Assembly (NCBI GenBank): GCA_963790655.1
Contig: CAWBPT010000013.1
Coordinates: forward strand, 158,484 to 222,483
DNA from: an uncultured delta proteobacterium
GTDB taxonomy: Bacteria > Desulfobacterota > Desulfobaccia > Desulfobaccales > 0-14-0-80-60-11
Length of the DNA stretch: 64,000 nt
Reading direction: 5' to 3'
Made by a program: the position numbers and the translations under genes. The notes under the pieces were generated by a model. It ran no database searches and was not told the DNA's origin. It saw nothing but the letters and a program-made list of their open reading frames with translations. Shown piece after piece: positions 39,022 through 48,371 of the stretch (its first letter is position 1; every line of letters begins with the position of its first letter).

Positions 39022-39356
39022 GGTGCATCATGGAACGCAGTGCCATACATCCCGGTGAACATCTCGCTGAACAACTTGAAGAACTGGGCATGAGCGCGGC
39101 TGCCTTGGCCCGCCAGATCAAGGTGCCCACGAACCGCATAACCGAAATCCTGAACGGTCAGCGCGCCGTGACCGGGGACACGGCCTTGCGCCTGGGGCAT
39201 TTCTTCGGGATAAGCGCGGAATTCTGGATGAACCTGCAAAAGCTCTATGAGCTGCGCCTGGCCGAACAGAAATCCGGGGAGACCATCAAGGACTTGCCGA
39301 CGCTCGCCAAGCCGATAAAGAAGCAGCGCGGCGATTCACAGCCTCACCCCCAGTAA
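39018..39356 (+). CDS. higA: HigA-type antitoxin (XRE-family HTH)
   Basis: IHPGEHLAEQLEELGMSAAALARQIKVPTNRITEILNGQRAVTGDTALRLGHFFGISAEFWMNLQKLYEL. Confidence 0.85.
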   Translation: MRCIMERSAIHPGEHLAEQLEELGMSAAALARQIKVPTNRITEILNGQRAVTGDTALRLGHFFGISAEFWMNLQKLYELRLAEQKSGETIKDLPTLAKPIKKQRGDSQPHPQ

Positions 39357-39394
39357 GGCTACGATCCGGCCATGATGGAAAACTCCGTCCCCCC

Positions 39395-40027
39395 TCAAAC
39401 CTCCGGGGTGGCCTCTTCGGGTTTGAGCTCTTCGACGCCCAGGGCGAATCCGGGCCCGGCCGCCAGCGCCCCCCCGTCCCAGAAATCCCGGCGGTAGCGG
39501 TAGTAAGCGTGCAGGCGTACCAGGGCCCGGGCCAGCTGTTTGATGGCTGCGTCGCCCAGGTTGTCCAGGCAGGATTGCAGCAGGGCCAGGAAGGCGGCGG
39601 GCAGGAAAAAGCTTTCCTTGCCCAGGGCGCCCTGAAACTCCAGCCGGTAGCCGCCCGCCTGGAGCAGGTAGAAATCGGCCTGGTAACTGCGTACCGGCTC
39701 AGTTTCGATCTCGGCCGCCAGTTTAAGCTTGCCCAGGGGCAGGCGGGGCCTCCTGGCGCCGCCGGTGCCGGCCTGCACCCGGGAGCAGACCCGCTCCAGG
39801 AACTCGATCAACTCCCGGGCCACCCTATTCTCGTTCAACTCCGCCAGCTCATACAGAATGCGGGCATAGAGGTACACCACCAGGGTAACGGCCTCACTCT
39901 CCGGTTCCTCACTGCGGTGCCAGATGATGCGAGGCGCCACCTGGTCCTGGGGGAAAAAATCCACCCGCACCGTGGCCTGGTGCAGGCCCCGGTCCTGGCG
40001 GAAGCGCTCCAATAGGCGTTTAAGCAT
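39395..40027 (-). CDS. hypothetical protein
   Basis: 210-aa ORF with host-like codon usage. I recognise no motif. Confidence 0.6.
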   Translation of the reverse strand: MLKRLLERFRQDRGLHQATVRVDFFPQDQVAPRIIWHRSEEPESEAVTLVVYLYARILYELAELNENRVARELIEFLERVCSRVQAGTGGARRPRLPLGKLKLAAEIETEPVRSYQADFYLLQAGGYRLEFQGALGKESFFLPAAFLALLQSCLDNLGDAAIKQLARALVRLHAYYRYRRDFWDGGALAAGPGFALGVEELKPEEATPEV

Positions 40028-40309
40028 CAGTCGTTTATTAAGGTGTCGGCGGCCTTGGCTTCAGGTTGAATTTTCGGCCCGGTTTGTTTGTCGTTGCGGT
40101 GTGCGAAGTCTGGCAGCCTCACGGGCGCTCGCCCCTGAAGCTCCCGAAATAATTGGGTAAAATTGGCGAACGTGTTTACCATACCCAAAGACCGCGGGAA
40201 AGTCAATAGATTCCCCGCACCGCACCCTTCCCGCCCCATAAATTTACGGTTTACATAGCAGGGGAGATATTTTATAAAATAAGGATAAACAAATTAAGAG
40301 CGATATTAA

Positions 40310-40720
40310 ATGCAGCAGCAGACCTACAAAGGGTTGCCCCCCGGGGTTCCCAACTGCCTGAAGAAACGGCGGCTCCTCAACGAAAAGGAGCTGTCCCCGG
40401 CCTTATGCCGTGAGTATGGGGAGAAGTTCCTTGCTCTGGGCTGGTGGGAAGACGCCCTGGAATTTTTCCAGAAGGGCCACGTTACCCAGGGCCTGGAACA
40501 GATCAGGGAGCATTGTCTCGAGACCGGCGATGCCTACTTGCTGGCCCGCCTGGGCCGGGAGCACGACCCGCAAGTCTGGCGCGCTCTGGCGGACCGGGCC
40601 CTGGCCCTGGAGAAGTTCCACTTTGCCCGCCGGGCCTATGAGCTGGCCGGCGACGCGGACAAAACCGCCTTGGCGGCCGGCCTCATAGCGGGCCTGGGTG
40701 CCGAAACCTTAGAAACCTGA
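40310..40720 (+). CDS. hypothetical protein (helical, TPR-like), immediately upstream of the dnaJ-like gene
   Basis: 136-aa ORF whose stop lies 2 nt before the next ATG. Confidence 0.55.
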   Translation: MQQQTYKGLPPGVPNCLKKRRLLNEKELSPALCREYGEKFLALGWWEDALEFFQKGHVTQGLEQIREHCLETGDAYLLARLGREHDPQVWRALADRALALEKFHFARRAYELAGDADKTALAAGLIAGLGAETLET

Positions 40721-40722
40721 CC

Positions 40723-41763
40723 ATGTCGGCCCTGGACTATTACCGCATTTTGGGAGTCTCGCCCCGCAGCAGCCTGGAGGAAGTGCGCCGCCGCTACCGG
40801 ACTCTGGCCATGCAATACCATCCGGACCGCAACCCGGATGACCCCGAAGCCGCCGCCCATTTCCGCCAGGTGGTGGAAGCCTTCGAAGCCATCCAGTCGG
40901 CCAAGACCAGGAAGAAGCGCCAGGCCTCCCAGAACTACCGCAGCCCCCGGTTTACCGACCGGGAGCACCTGTTCCAGGAGTTCTTCGGCATCCCCCGGGC
41001 CGGCGCCCCCTTGCAACGGTCCGCCGGGGCCAACTTCCGCTACGATTTGCAGATTCCCTTTGCCTCCGCCATCCGGGGGATGCAAACGGTCATTGAGTTG
41101 GACCGCCCCCTGGATTGCCATCACTGCCGGGGCACCGGCTTGGCTGCGGGCAGCGGCTACCGGGACTGCCCCGATTGCCAGGGCCGGGGCCGCCGTTTCG
41201 GCGGGCCGGGCCTGCTGCGTTTCGGGCCTCTGTGCGACCGCTGCGGGGGCCGGGGCCGCATCGTCTCCCAGGCCTGTGGGCATTGCCACGGCGCCGGTTG
41301 CCAACCGGTGCGGCGGCAATACCGCCTGCAGATTCCTCCCGGCACCGAAGACGGCACCCGCCTGCGTTTCAGCGGGGAGGGGGGCTCAGGTTTCCAGGAC
41401 GGCCCCGCGGGCAGCCTGGAAGTGGTCATCCACGTGGCCCCCGATGAGATTTTTACCCGGGTGGGCAACGATATTCACTGCCGCGTCATGATCTCCTTTG
41501 CCGAGGCCGCCCTGGGCGGCACTATCCGGATTCCCACCCTGGAGGGCTCCCAGACCTTTCAACTGCCCCAGGGCACCCAGACCGGCTGGACCTTCCGGTT
41601 CCCGGGAGCCGGCGCCCCCGGCCACCCCCACCAACCCCCGGGGGACCAGGTTAACGAAGTGGTGGTGGCCACCCCCCAGAATCTCAGCCCCAGGCAGAGG
41701 TCCCTGCTGGAGGAACTGGCCAGCCTGGAGCAGGATCAATCGGACGACACCGGCCATGAGTGA
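40723..41763 (+). CDS. DnaJ-family co-chaperone (J domain + four CxxCxG zinc knuckles + C-terminal domains)
   Basis: DYYRILGVSPRSSLEEVRRRYRTLAMQYHPDRN; CHHCRGTG, CPDCQGRG, CDRCGGRG, CGHCHGAG. Confidence 0.85.
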   Translation: MSALDYYRILGVSPRSSLEEVRRRYRTLAMQYHPDRNPDDPEAAAHFRQVVEAFEAIQSAKTRKKRQASQNYRSPRFTDREHLFQEFFGIPRAGAPLQRSAGANFRYDLQIPFASAIRGMQTVIELDRPLDCHHCRGTGLAAGSGYRDCPDCQGRGRRFGGPGLLRFGPLCDRCGGRGRIVSQACGHCHGAGCQPVRRQYRLQIPPGTEDGTRLRFSGEGGSGFQDGPAGSLEVVIHVAPDEIFTRVGNDIHCRVMISFAEAALGGTIRIPTLEGSQTFQLPQGTQTGWTFRFPGAGAPGHPHQPPGDQVNEVVVATPQNLSPRQRSLLEELASLEQDQSDDTGHE

Positions 41764-42280
41764 TTTTACTCATTTAGATGAAACCGGGCGGATGCGCATG
41801 GTGGATGTGGCCGACAAAGCCGTGACCCTTAGGGTGGCCGCGGCGGCCTGCCGGGTGGTGGTGGGCCCCAAGGTGTTCCCCCTGCTCCTGGCGGGAACCC
41901 TCCCCAAGGGGGACGTGTGGGCCGCAGCCCGGGTGGCCGGCATCATGGCCGCCAAAAACACCGCCCAGCTCATCCCCCTGTGCCACCCGCTGCCCCTTAC
42001 CGGGGTTGACATCGATTTTACTCCGGAGCCGGAGCAGTGGGCGGTGGCCATCCGGGCCCAGGTGAGGACTTACGCCCGCACCGGGGTGGAAATGGAGGCC
42101 TTGACGGCCGCGGCGGTGGCCGCCCTCACCATCTATGACATGTGTAAGGCGGTGGACCGTGGACTGATTATAAAAGATTTGCTATTATTAGAAAAGAGCG
42201 GGGGCGCCAGCGGTGATTATCGCCGTACCGAGGCCCCCCGAGAAACCCTGAACCGTTTTGGGCAAACCGGAGTTGAGTAA
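41756..42280 (+). CDS. moaC: cyclic pyranopterin monophosphate synthase MoaC
   Basis: THLDETGRMRMVDVADK...GDVWAAARVAGIMAAKNTAQLIPLCHPLPLTGVDI...RTGVEMEALTAAAVAALTIYDMCKA. The track ORF 41498-42280 over-extends upstream. Confidence 0.9.
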   Translation: MSDFTHLDETGRMRMVDVADKAVTLRVAAAACRVVVGPKVFPLLLAGTLPKGDVWAAARVAGIMAAKNTAQLIPLCHPLPLTGVDIDFTPEPEQWAVAIRAQVRTYARTGVEMEALTAAAVAALTIYDMCKAVDRGLIIKDLLLLEKSGGASGDYRRTEAPRETLNRFGQTGVE

Positions 42281-42643
42281 ATGGAACCGGATCGTCTGGA
42301 GTTTTTCCGCAATCTCTTACAGGAACGCCTGGGAGAAATCCTGGGCGAAGCCGACAAGACCAGGGAAGACATGACCGGGCCGGTCGCGCCTTTCCCCGAC
42401 CCCACGGACCGGGCCAGCCTGGAAACCGACCGCAATTTCACCCTGCGCATCCGGGACCGGGAGCGCAAATTGATCACCAAGATCCGAGAGGCCCTGGAGC
42501 GCATCGACGCCGGCACCTACGGTTACTGTGAACTGTGCGGCAACGAAATCACCGAGAAACGCCTCATCGCCCGTCCCGTTACCACCATGTGCATCGCCTG
42601 TAAATCCAGTCAGGAGGCCCTGGAAAGGTCCCGGGGGCAGTAG
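42281..42643 (+). CDS. DksA/TraR-family C4 zinc-finger regulator
   Basis: LRIRDRERKLITKIREALERIDAGTYGYCELCGNEITEKRLIARPVTTMCIACK. Confidence 0.85.
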   Translation: MEPDRLEFFRNLLQERLGEILGEADKTREDMTGPVAPFPDPTDRASLETDRNFTLRIRDRERKLITKIREALERIDAGTYGYCELCGNEITEKRLIARPVTTMCIACKSSQEALERSRGQ

Positions 42644-42854
42644 CAAGAAGCGGCCAGCTTGCAGCTGTCAGCTATCAGCTTGGGGTGATGAGCAGTTTTC
42701 TGCAGAAATTGGCAGACCCTCCGGTTATCAGTAAAAGCCAAAACCAATCGCGCCCAGTTCAACCCATCTGAACCACCGCCAACCCTGTGGATTTTTCTAA
42801 TAATCATGAAACGCCGCCCTTATCAGCTGACCGCTGATAGCTGGCTAACTTCCC

Positions 42855-43886
42855 ATGACCGACCTTATTCAGCTCAACGAATACACCCTGCCCGAGTTGC
42901 AGCAAATCATGGCCGCCTGGGGCCAGCCCTCCTTCCGCGCCCTCCAGGTTCTCAAGTGGTTCTACAAAGGGGCGGGCGATTTCGAGCTGATGACCGATAT
43001 CGCCCGGCCTTTCCGGCAGGAGCTGGCCCGCCGGGCCGGCATCGGCCGCCTCCGGGTGGAGCAGGTGCAAGAGGCCCCGGACGGCACCCGCAAGTATCTC
43101 TTCGCCCTGGCGGACGGCAACCTGGTGGAATCCGTCCTCATCCCGGAAGAGGGCCACTCCACCCTCTGCCTCTCCACCCAGGTGGGCTGCGCCCAGGGCT
43201 GCCGCTTTTGCCTCACCGCCAGCAAGGGACTGAGTCGCAATCTCACCGCCGGCGAGATCGTCAATCAGATTAGGATGGTGCGCCCTCTGGCCCCGGAGGG
43301 CCGCCCCCTCACCAACCTGGTGTTCATGGGCATGGGGGAGCCCCTGGCCAATTTTTCCGCCCTGGTCCGGGCCCTCACCATGATCACCGCCCCCTGGGGG
43401 CTTAACTTCTCTTACCGGCGGCTCACCGTGTCCACCGTGGGGCTGGCCCCATTCATCCCCCGATTGGGGCGCGAGGCCCGGGCCAACCTCACCGTTTCCT
43501 TGAACGCCCCGGACGACGAGACCCGGAGCCGCCTCATGCCGGTAAACCGCCGCTATCCCATCCAAGAGCTTCTGGCCGCCTGCCGGGATTTCCCCCTGCC
43601 CCGGCACCGCCGCATCACCTTTGCCTACGTCCTGATGAACGGGGTCAACGACGCCCCGGACCAGGCCCGGCAACTGGCCCGGCTGCTCCGGGGCTTCCGG
43701 TGCAAAATCAACCTGATTCCCTTCAACCCCCACCCGCCGCTACCTTTTGGCCCCCCGCCGGAGAGCCGTATCCTCAAGTTCCAGGATATATTGCGGGAAG
43801 CTAATTATACGGTGTTGCTCAGGGAGAGCCGGGGGCGGGAGATCGCCGCGGCCTGCGGCCAGCTGGCGGGAGAGAAGGCTGGTTGA
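42855..43886 (+). CDS. rlmN: 23S rRNA/tRNA adenine-C2 methyltransferase RlmN (radical SAM)
   Basis: FRALQVLKWFY..., STQVGCAQGCRFCLT (CxxxCxxC), GMGEPL, IPFNP. Confidence 0.92.
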   Translation: MTDLIQLNEYTLPELQQIMAAWGQPSFRALQVLKWFYKGAGDFELMTDIARPFRQELARRAGIGRLRVEQVQEAPDGTRKYLFALADGNLVESVLIPEEGHSTLCLSTQVGCAQGCRFCLTASKGLSRNLTAGEIVNQIRMVRPLAPEGRPLTNLVFMGMGEPLANFSALVRALTMITAPWGLNFSYRRLTVSTVGLAPFIPRLGREARANLTVSLNAPDDETRSRLMPVNRRYPIQELLAACRDFPLPRHRRITFAYVLMNGVNDAPDQARQLARLLRGFRCKINLIPFNPHPPLPFGPPPESRILKFQDILREANYTVLLRESRGREIAAACGQLAGEKAG

Positions 43887-44002
43887 AAAGAGACTTCTGT
43901 TTAGAAAAGCTCAAAGCTCAAAGTCAAGGTTCAGGTTCAAAGTTAAGGAAAAGGCTTCGAGGGAACTTTTCATGACTTACGAGTGAGCCGCAGGTTCATG
44001 AA

Positions 44003-44128
44003 CGACTGCGAAAATCCAAATGTAGGATAGCCGGCCTCGGCTGTCCATACGTCGCCTGGGCGCCGGCGAGGGCGCCGGCGCCACATTTGCATTAGCCAGA
44101 GCGACAATGGAGATTTTCGCGGAGGTCG
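44003..44128. mobile_element. degenerate MITE-like element, same family as 45210-45339 and in inverted orientation relative to it
   Basis: Its ends are gac-tgcgaaaatc ... gattttcgcggaggtcgc. The internal block atgtaggatagccggcctcggctgtccatac matches the reverse complement of 45286-45318. Confidence 0.45.
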
Positions 44129-44143
44129 CAACTCGGTATTAGT

Positions 44144-44536
44144 TCATTGGGTCCGCTTCCAGGGCAAATTGGGGGCCGTTTCCTCTTCGGGGCGGTCCAC
44201 CGCCTGGCGATAATCCCGCTTGCCCATGCCCACCAGCCGGTCGTTTTTGAAGACCAGTGGGGTGTAGCCGCCCCGCACCGTGTTACTTTCGGGAAAATCC
44301 ATGCTGTGGGTCAGGTAAAAATAGATGGTGTAATGGCCGCCGCGGTAGTCCCCTGATTCCCGGATCGCCGGCGGTCCCATGATGCCCACCACCTCGGACA
44401 CGGGCATTCCCAACTTCACTTCGTTGAGGCGGATATAACTGGACCACATGCCCTTTTCAAAACGCTGGTAGAGCACTTGTTCCCCGCAGCCAACCGAAAA
44501 CATTCCCAGGACCACTAGCAGGTGCAGCCAGGCCAT
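44144..44536 (-). CDS. lipoprotein, hypothetical (BamE/SmpA-like size and pattern)
   Basis: MAWLHLLVVLGMFSVGCGEQ has a signal peptide with a lipobox Cys. Confidence 0.65.
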   Translation of the reverse strand: MAWLHLLVVLGMFSVGCGEQVLYQRFEKGMWSSYIRLNEVKLGMPVSEVVGIMGPPAIRESGDYRGGHYTIYFYLTHSMDFPESNTVRGGYTPLVFKNDRLVGMGKRDYRQAVDRPEEETAPNLPWKRTQ

Positions 44537-45209
44537 GAACCACCCTTGTTTTATTAAATTTCCCCAACTATAAGCACCCCCGGTACTCCAGTCAATAAAT
44601 AATCCAGGCAGTATCCAGCCGCGCCTGGGTTAATATTTACAGCCTATACCCATCCCGGCGCTCTTTAAACTTTATACAACCCGTCGCCAAACCCGTGTTC
44701 ATCCTCCTTTCGCCCAGCCATGGGGCCCCACCGGCCCCCCGCCGCTTCCGGAGGCCCTGGTTAATCTTTTCCCCGCCACTGATAGAGTTATACCAAGGAG
44801 CGGCCATACAGGTAATTTACTTGTTGTAGGGGCGGACCCATGTGCCCGCCCCGATTTAGGGCGCACACGCGGGTGCGCCCCTACGGAAAAAACTCTTTTT
44901 ACTTCTATAAGCGCCACTTGGTATTAGGGGCTTCTCAGGAGACCAAGCTATGGCGCCTGAGGCCATGACTGCCGGTTGGGCGCCTCCGTTTTTTAGGGTT
45001 GCGTGGCCAGGCTCCAGGGTTACCCGGCCCACTTTCCGGTGCGTCGGCGGGCCCACTTGGTCCCAGGAGAAGCAGGCTGCTCTTTTCCGGCATTACTCCG
45101 GTCCCTGAAATGGCTCTCCACCCCCACCGAAGTTCTGGCGGCAAACAGGGCGATAGAGAGGAAAACTGCGCCTGGCACCGCCACGCCGCGGCCCGGGGCA
45201 GACTAACTT

Positions 45210-45339
45210 GAGACCTCTGCGAAAATCCCAGTTACTGCCCTGATTAATCATAATGTCGCGTAAGCGGCCTCGCCTGCGGCTAAATAAAGTATGGACAGCC
45301 GAGGGCGGCTATCCCACATTAGATTTTCGCAGAGGTCTC
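45210..45339. mobile_element. MITE (130 bp) with perfect 18-bp terminal inverted repeats and a 5-bp direct flank repeat
   Basis: The left end gagacctctgcgaaaatc is the exact reverse complement of the right end gattttcgcagaggtctc. The element is flanked by aactt (45205-45209) and aactt (45340-45344). Confidence 0.6.
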
Positions 45340-45560
45340 AACTTGTTACCTGCGCCCGGACCTGGAGGGCTGCCACAAGTTCAGCCTGATCCTGGGGGAG
45401 TTCCCCCGGTAGAAAACCATCCGGTGCCGCCGCCAGGTGAAACTTAAGGCATGGGAGCCATATACTCACAAGTCTTTAGCCTAGACTTGGAACCTCGGAC
45501 CCCTATACTTATGCCGCCTAAGCCAGGCCCAGGGCGAGCCGAGGGTCAGAGCCTTGCGGG

Positions 45561-45743
45561 TTAGGTCGGCGACCTTCGCTCCGACTCGCACGGCGCCTTC
45601 CGGCAAAGGTGGCGCTCCTGGTAAAACCTGCGCAGCCGCTGGCGAATGACCATCCCCTCCAGGCCCATCCTCTTTAAAATGTGATCGGTCAATGGGGTCA
45701 ATCTGACCTGGGCCACCACCTCGGTTCTTTTGTTCCGCTTCAT
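45561..45743 (-). CDS. possible ribbon-helix-helix (CopG-like) small protein
   Basis: MKRNKRTEVVAQVRLTPLTDHILKRMGLEG shows only an RHH-like N-terminal pattern. Confidence 0.3.
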   Translation of the reverse strand: MKRNKRTEVVAQVRLTPLTDHILKRMGLEGMVIRQRLRRFYQERHLCRKAPCESERRSPT

Positions 45744-46201
45744 GGCTTCCTCCGGACCTCTTTCCCCTGGTTAATTCAAGAATAGTACCAATTATTGACG
45801 GTTGGCCCGGCGTTAGCATTTTTTCGCAAACTGGTCAGAGGATACCATTCCAGCAAGTTGCTGAAAGGCAGTAAAATGGCGGGAATATCGTTCTGGAAGG
45901 AGTGATTGATCTTACGTGTAGCACCCGGTCAACAAAGGCGGGGCCCAAGCCCCGACTTTCCCGCCAATTTCCCCCATCCCATATGGGGGTCGCGGCAGTA
46001 GTGTCCGGCAGGCATCTTGCAAGCGCAGGCTCAAAGGGAAGATTAAAAATGTCGGCGCAGGCTTTACCGTGAAAACCCAAATCCCCCTAAATCCCCCTTT
46101 TTCAAAGGGGGACTTTTAAAAACCCCCCTTTAATAACGGAAATATATACTTGACATAATACATTTTGTGTGTTACCTTCATGGTTAAAGGAGTTTAGAGC
46201 C

Positions 46202-47098
46202 ATGAGCGCCGACCTCACCAACCCAATTTTCACCAATGAAAAAGCCGCTAGAAAACATCTGGAACTTTTGCGCTGGCCTAACGGCCCTGTTTGTTCTCAT
46301 TGCGGCGAATCTGAGAAGATCACTAAACTTAGAGGGAAAAGCCACAGGCCAGGGCTTTACCAGTGTAACGCTTGCCGCCAGCCCTTCACGGTGACAGTGG
46401 GGACCATTCTTGAGGATTCCCATATCGAATTGCACAAATGGCTTTTGGCTTTTCATCTTATGGCCGCGAGCAAGAAGGGGATAAGCGCGCACCAACTTCA
46501 TAGGATGCTGGGAATTACTTACAAATCGGCGTGGTTCATGGCCCACAGAATCAGGGAAGCCATGAAAGCCGACTATACTAAGGTTCTTGGCGGGAACAAT
46601 CCGGTTGAGGCCGATGAAACTTTTGTGGGAAACAAGTGTGGAGCAAAGAAGCGCCCTGGATACGCTCATAAGCACGCGGTTTTGTCTCTTGTCGAGCGCG
46701 GTGGTGAGGTTCGTTCCTTCCACGTTCCCAGCGTGAGCGCCAAGACCCTGAAACCCTACCTCAAGTATCATATTGACCCCGATGCTCATCTTATGACCGA
46801 TGATGCGGGGCAGTATCGGATTATCGGGCCTGAGTTCGCCAAGCATGACGTGGTTTGCCACAGCGCCGATGAATACGTTAGAGGCGAAGTCCATACCAAC
46901 ACGGTTGAGAGCTTTTTCAGCATCCTTAAACGTGGATTGATTGGGGTTTACCATCATGTCGGTGCTCAACACTTACAGCGTTATGTTACCGAGTTCGATT
47001 TCAGATACAACCATCGCAAAACTACCGATTCCCAACGCGTTACCAATGTCGTCAAGGGCATTGCCGGTAAGCGTTTAACCTATCGGCGGACTAGTTGA
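46202..47098 (+). CDS. IS1595 family (ISXO2-like) transposase
   Basis: N-terminal zinc ribbon WPNGPVCSHCGES...YQCNACRQPFTVTVGTILEDSHIELHKWLLA, then the DDE region VEADETFVG...LMTDDAGQY...HTNTVESFFSILKRG. Confidence 0.9.
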   Translation: MSADLTNPIFTNEKAARKHLELLRWPNGPVCSHCGESEKITKLRGKSHRPGLYQCNACRQPFTVTVGTILEDSHIELHKWLLAFHLMAASKKGISAHQLHRMLGITYKSAWFMAHRIREAMKADYTKVLGGNNPVEADETFVGNKCGAKKRPGYAHKHAVLSLVERGGEVRSFHVPSVSAKTLKPYLKYHIDPDAHLMTDDAGQYRIIGPEFAKHDVVCHSADEYVRGEVHTNTVESFFSILKRGLIGVYHHVGAQHLQRYVTEFDFRYNHRKTTDSQRVTNVVKGIAGKRLTYRRTS

Positions 47099-47221
47099 TA
47101 ATATCCAAATCTACGCCGATGATAAACCTTGGTTGAAAAACAAAAAATGATTCCCGTGGCTCCCAACGGCCTTTTGTGCTATGGTGATTTTGCCTAAACC
47201 CAAAAATAGGAGGTTAAAATT

Positions 47222-47524
47222 ATGTTCGGAACTAATCCTAAAACCAGTTTTTGGTCTTTAGAGTGCAATTGCGGCGCTGATTTTAAAATTACTGGTAAAA
47301 CCATTTTGGATACCCCAGAAGATATTCATTGTCCCAATTGCCAAATGCCTTATTCAGCGGATGCATTAAAAAAGGTTGTCAATGATTTGATCTCTTTCCT
47401 GGAATCTATTGACCAAGCCACCTATCAACGATATACCGGAAAATCTGGAAAACCTGGTTTCAAGAAAATCATCCCTCCTGGTTTTAATGACATGCCCCAA
47501 TTACCTGAGCTCGATCTGGGATGA
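47222..47524 (+). CDS. hypothetical zinc-ribbon protein (IS cargo)
   Basis: CNCGADFKI...HCPNCQMPY. RBS aggagg. Low GC. Confidence 0.5.
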   Translation: MFGTNPKTSFWSLECNCGADFKITGKTILDTPEDIHCPNCQMPYSADALKKVVNDLISFLESIDQATYQRYTGKSGKPGFKKIIPPGFNDMPQLPELDLG

Positions 47525-47729
47525 ATTTGCATAGGCCGCAGTTTGGCTCAACGCCATTTTTAAATTGATTGCCCTTGCAAACTTCACAAGGATGACCTGT
47601 CATTTGGGGGATTAGACTCCTAAACCATATATAGTCTTTTTTAGATAGGAAACGCTGCCCAACACAAAGCCGGAAAAGAAGTTCGTTGGTGAGATTTAAT
47701 TTATCAATTATATCATTGTTACTACCCAT
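47484..47729 (-). CDS. hypothetical Cys-rich protein (IS cargo)
   Basis: HPCEVCKGNQFKNGVEPNCGLCKF. Preceded by aaggagg. It overlaps the 3' end of 47222-47524, so at most one of the two overlapping ends is correct. Confidence 0.35.
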   Translation of the reverse strand: MGSNNDIIDKLNLTNELLFRLCVGQRFLSKKDYIWFRSLIPQMTGHPCEVCKGNQFKNGVEPNCGLCKFIPDRAQVIGACH

Positions 47730-47731
47730 AA

Positions 47732-47869
47732 TTATTTTGCCTCCTTCTTTTCTTTCTTTTTCGGTTTTGGTGGCGTTGCCAAAACCTGCCTTGCAATATC
47801 ATCGGCGGATACATTAGTAAAATCAATTTCCGGTTCTTTGTTTTTGGGCTCTTTGCTGGGTTCTTTCAT
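47732..47869 (-). CDS. small Lys/Pro-rich ORF (45 aa), IS cargo, upstream of 47484-47729
   Basis: MKEPSKEPKNKEPEIDFTNVSADDIARQVLATPPKPKKKEKKEAK. Its stop lies 2 nt before the next ATG. Below the track cutoff and speculative. Confidence 0.25.
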   Translation of the reverse strand: MKEPSKEPKNKEPEIDFTNVSADDIARQVLATPPKPKKKEKKEAK

Positions 47870-48371
47870 GGATTTCTCCGACGAAAATTTAAATCCTCTT
47901 TATTGTGCAATAGGAAAGGTTGTTTGTGCTTGGGCTACCATTGAATCATTTCTTGACTTTATGGTATTTCTCATTTTTCATAAATTTGGTGGCAAAACCA
48001 TTGCTCATAAACAAGAAATTCCACGTTCCCTTGATAATAAATTAAAATATTTAAGGAAAGCATTTAATAATATCGATATTTTAGGTCCATTAAATGAACT
48101 TAGTCTGCCAATTATTGAATGTATTTCAATATTATCAAAAAAACGTCACACATTGATTCACGGTGTATTAACTAATATAAACTTTGAGGGTTATGATTTT
48201 ATAAAACGTGAATATGGGAAAGAGTTTCATGATATTCATGATCTAATAATAAGGATTGATGATATTATTCTCCTTGAAAATATGTCTCTGGGTCTGATAG
48301 GTCAACTAGTCCAATTATTGGGTTTTGTTTTGATGATACACCTAAACAAAGAAGGATATTTTCTACAATAA
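47868..48371 (+). CDS. hypothetical protein with a HEPN-like Rx4H motif (IS cargo)
   Basis: 168 aa from MDFSDENL. KKRHTLIHG lies at 48144-48161 within a predicted all-helical protein. AT-rich. Confidence 0.5.
   Translation: MDFSDENLNPLYCAIGKVVCAWATIESFLDFMVFLIFHKFGGKTIAHKQEIPRSLDNKLKYLRKAFNNIDILGPLNELSLPIIECISILSKKRHTLIHGVLTNINFEGYDFIKREYGKEFHDIHDLIIRIDDIILLENMSLGLIGQLVQLLGFVLMIHLNKEGYFLQ

Noticed and set aside
45835-46080. ORFs 45835-46080(-), 55570-55767(-), 48615-48830(-), 5707-6057(+), 828-1019(+)
   Set aside because: They are translations of the dispersed repeat families R1 and R2. The same 'proteins' recur wherever the repeat recurs, including across the IS insertion point.
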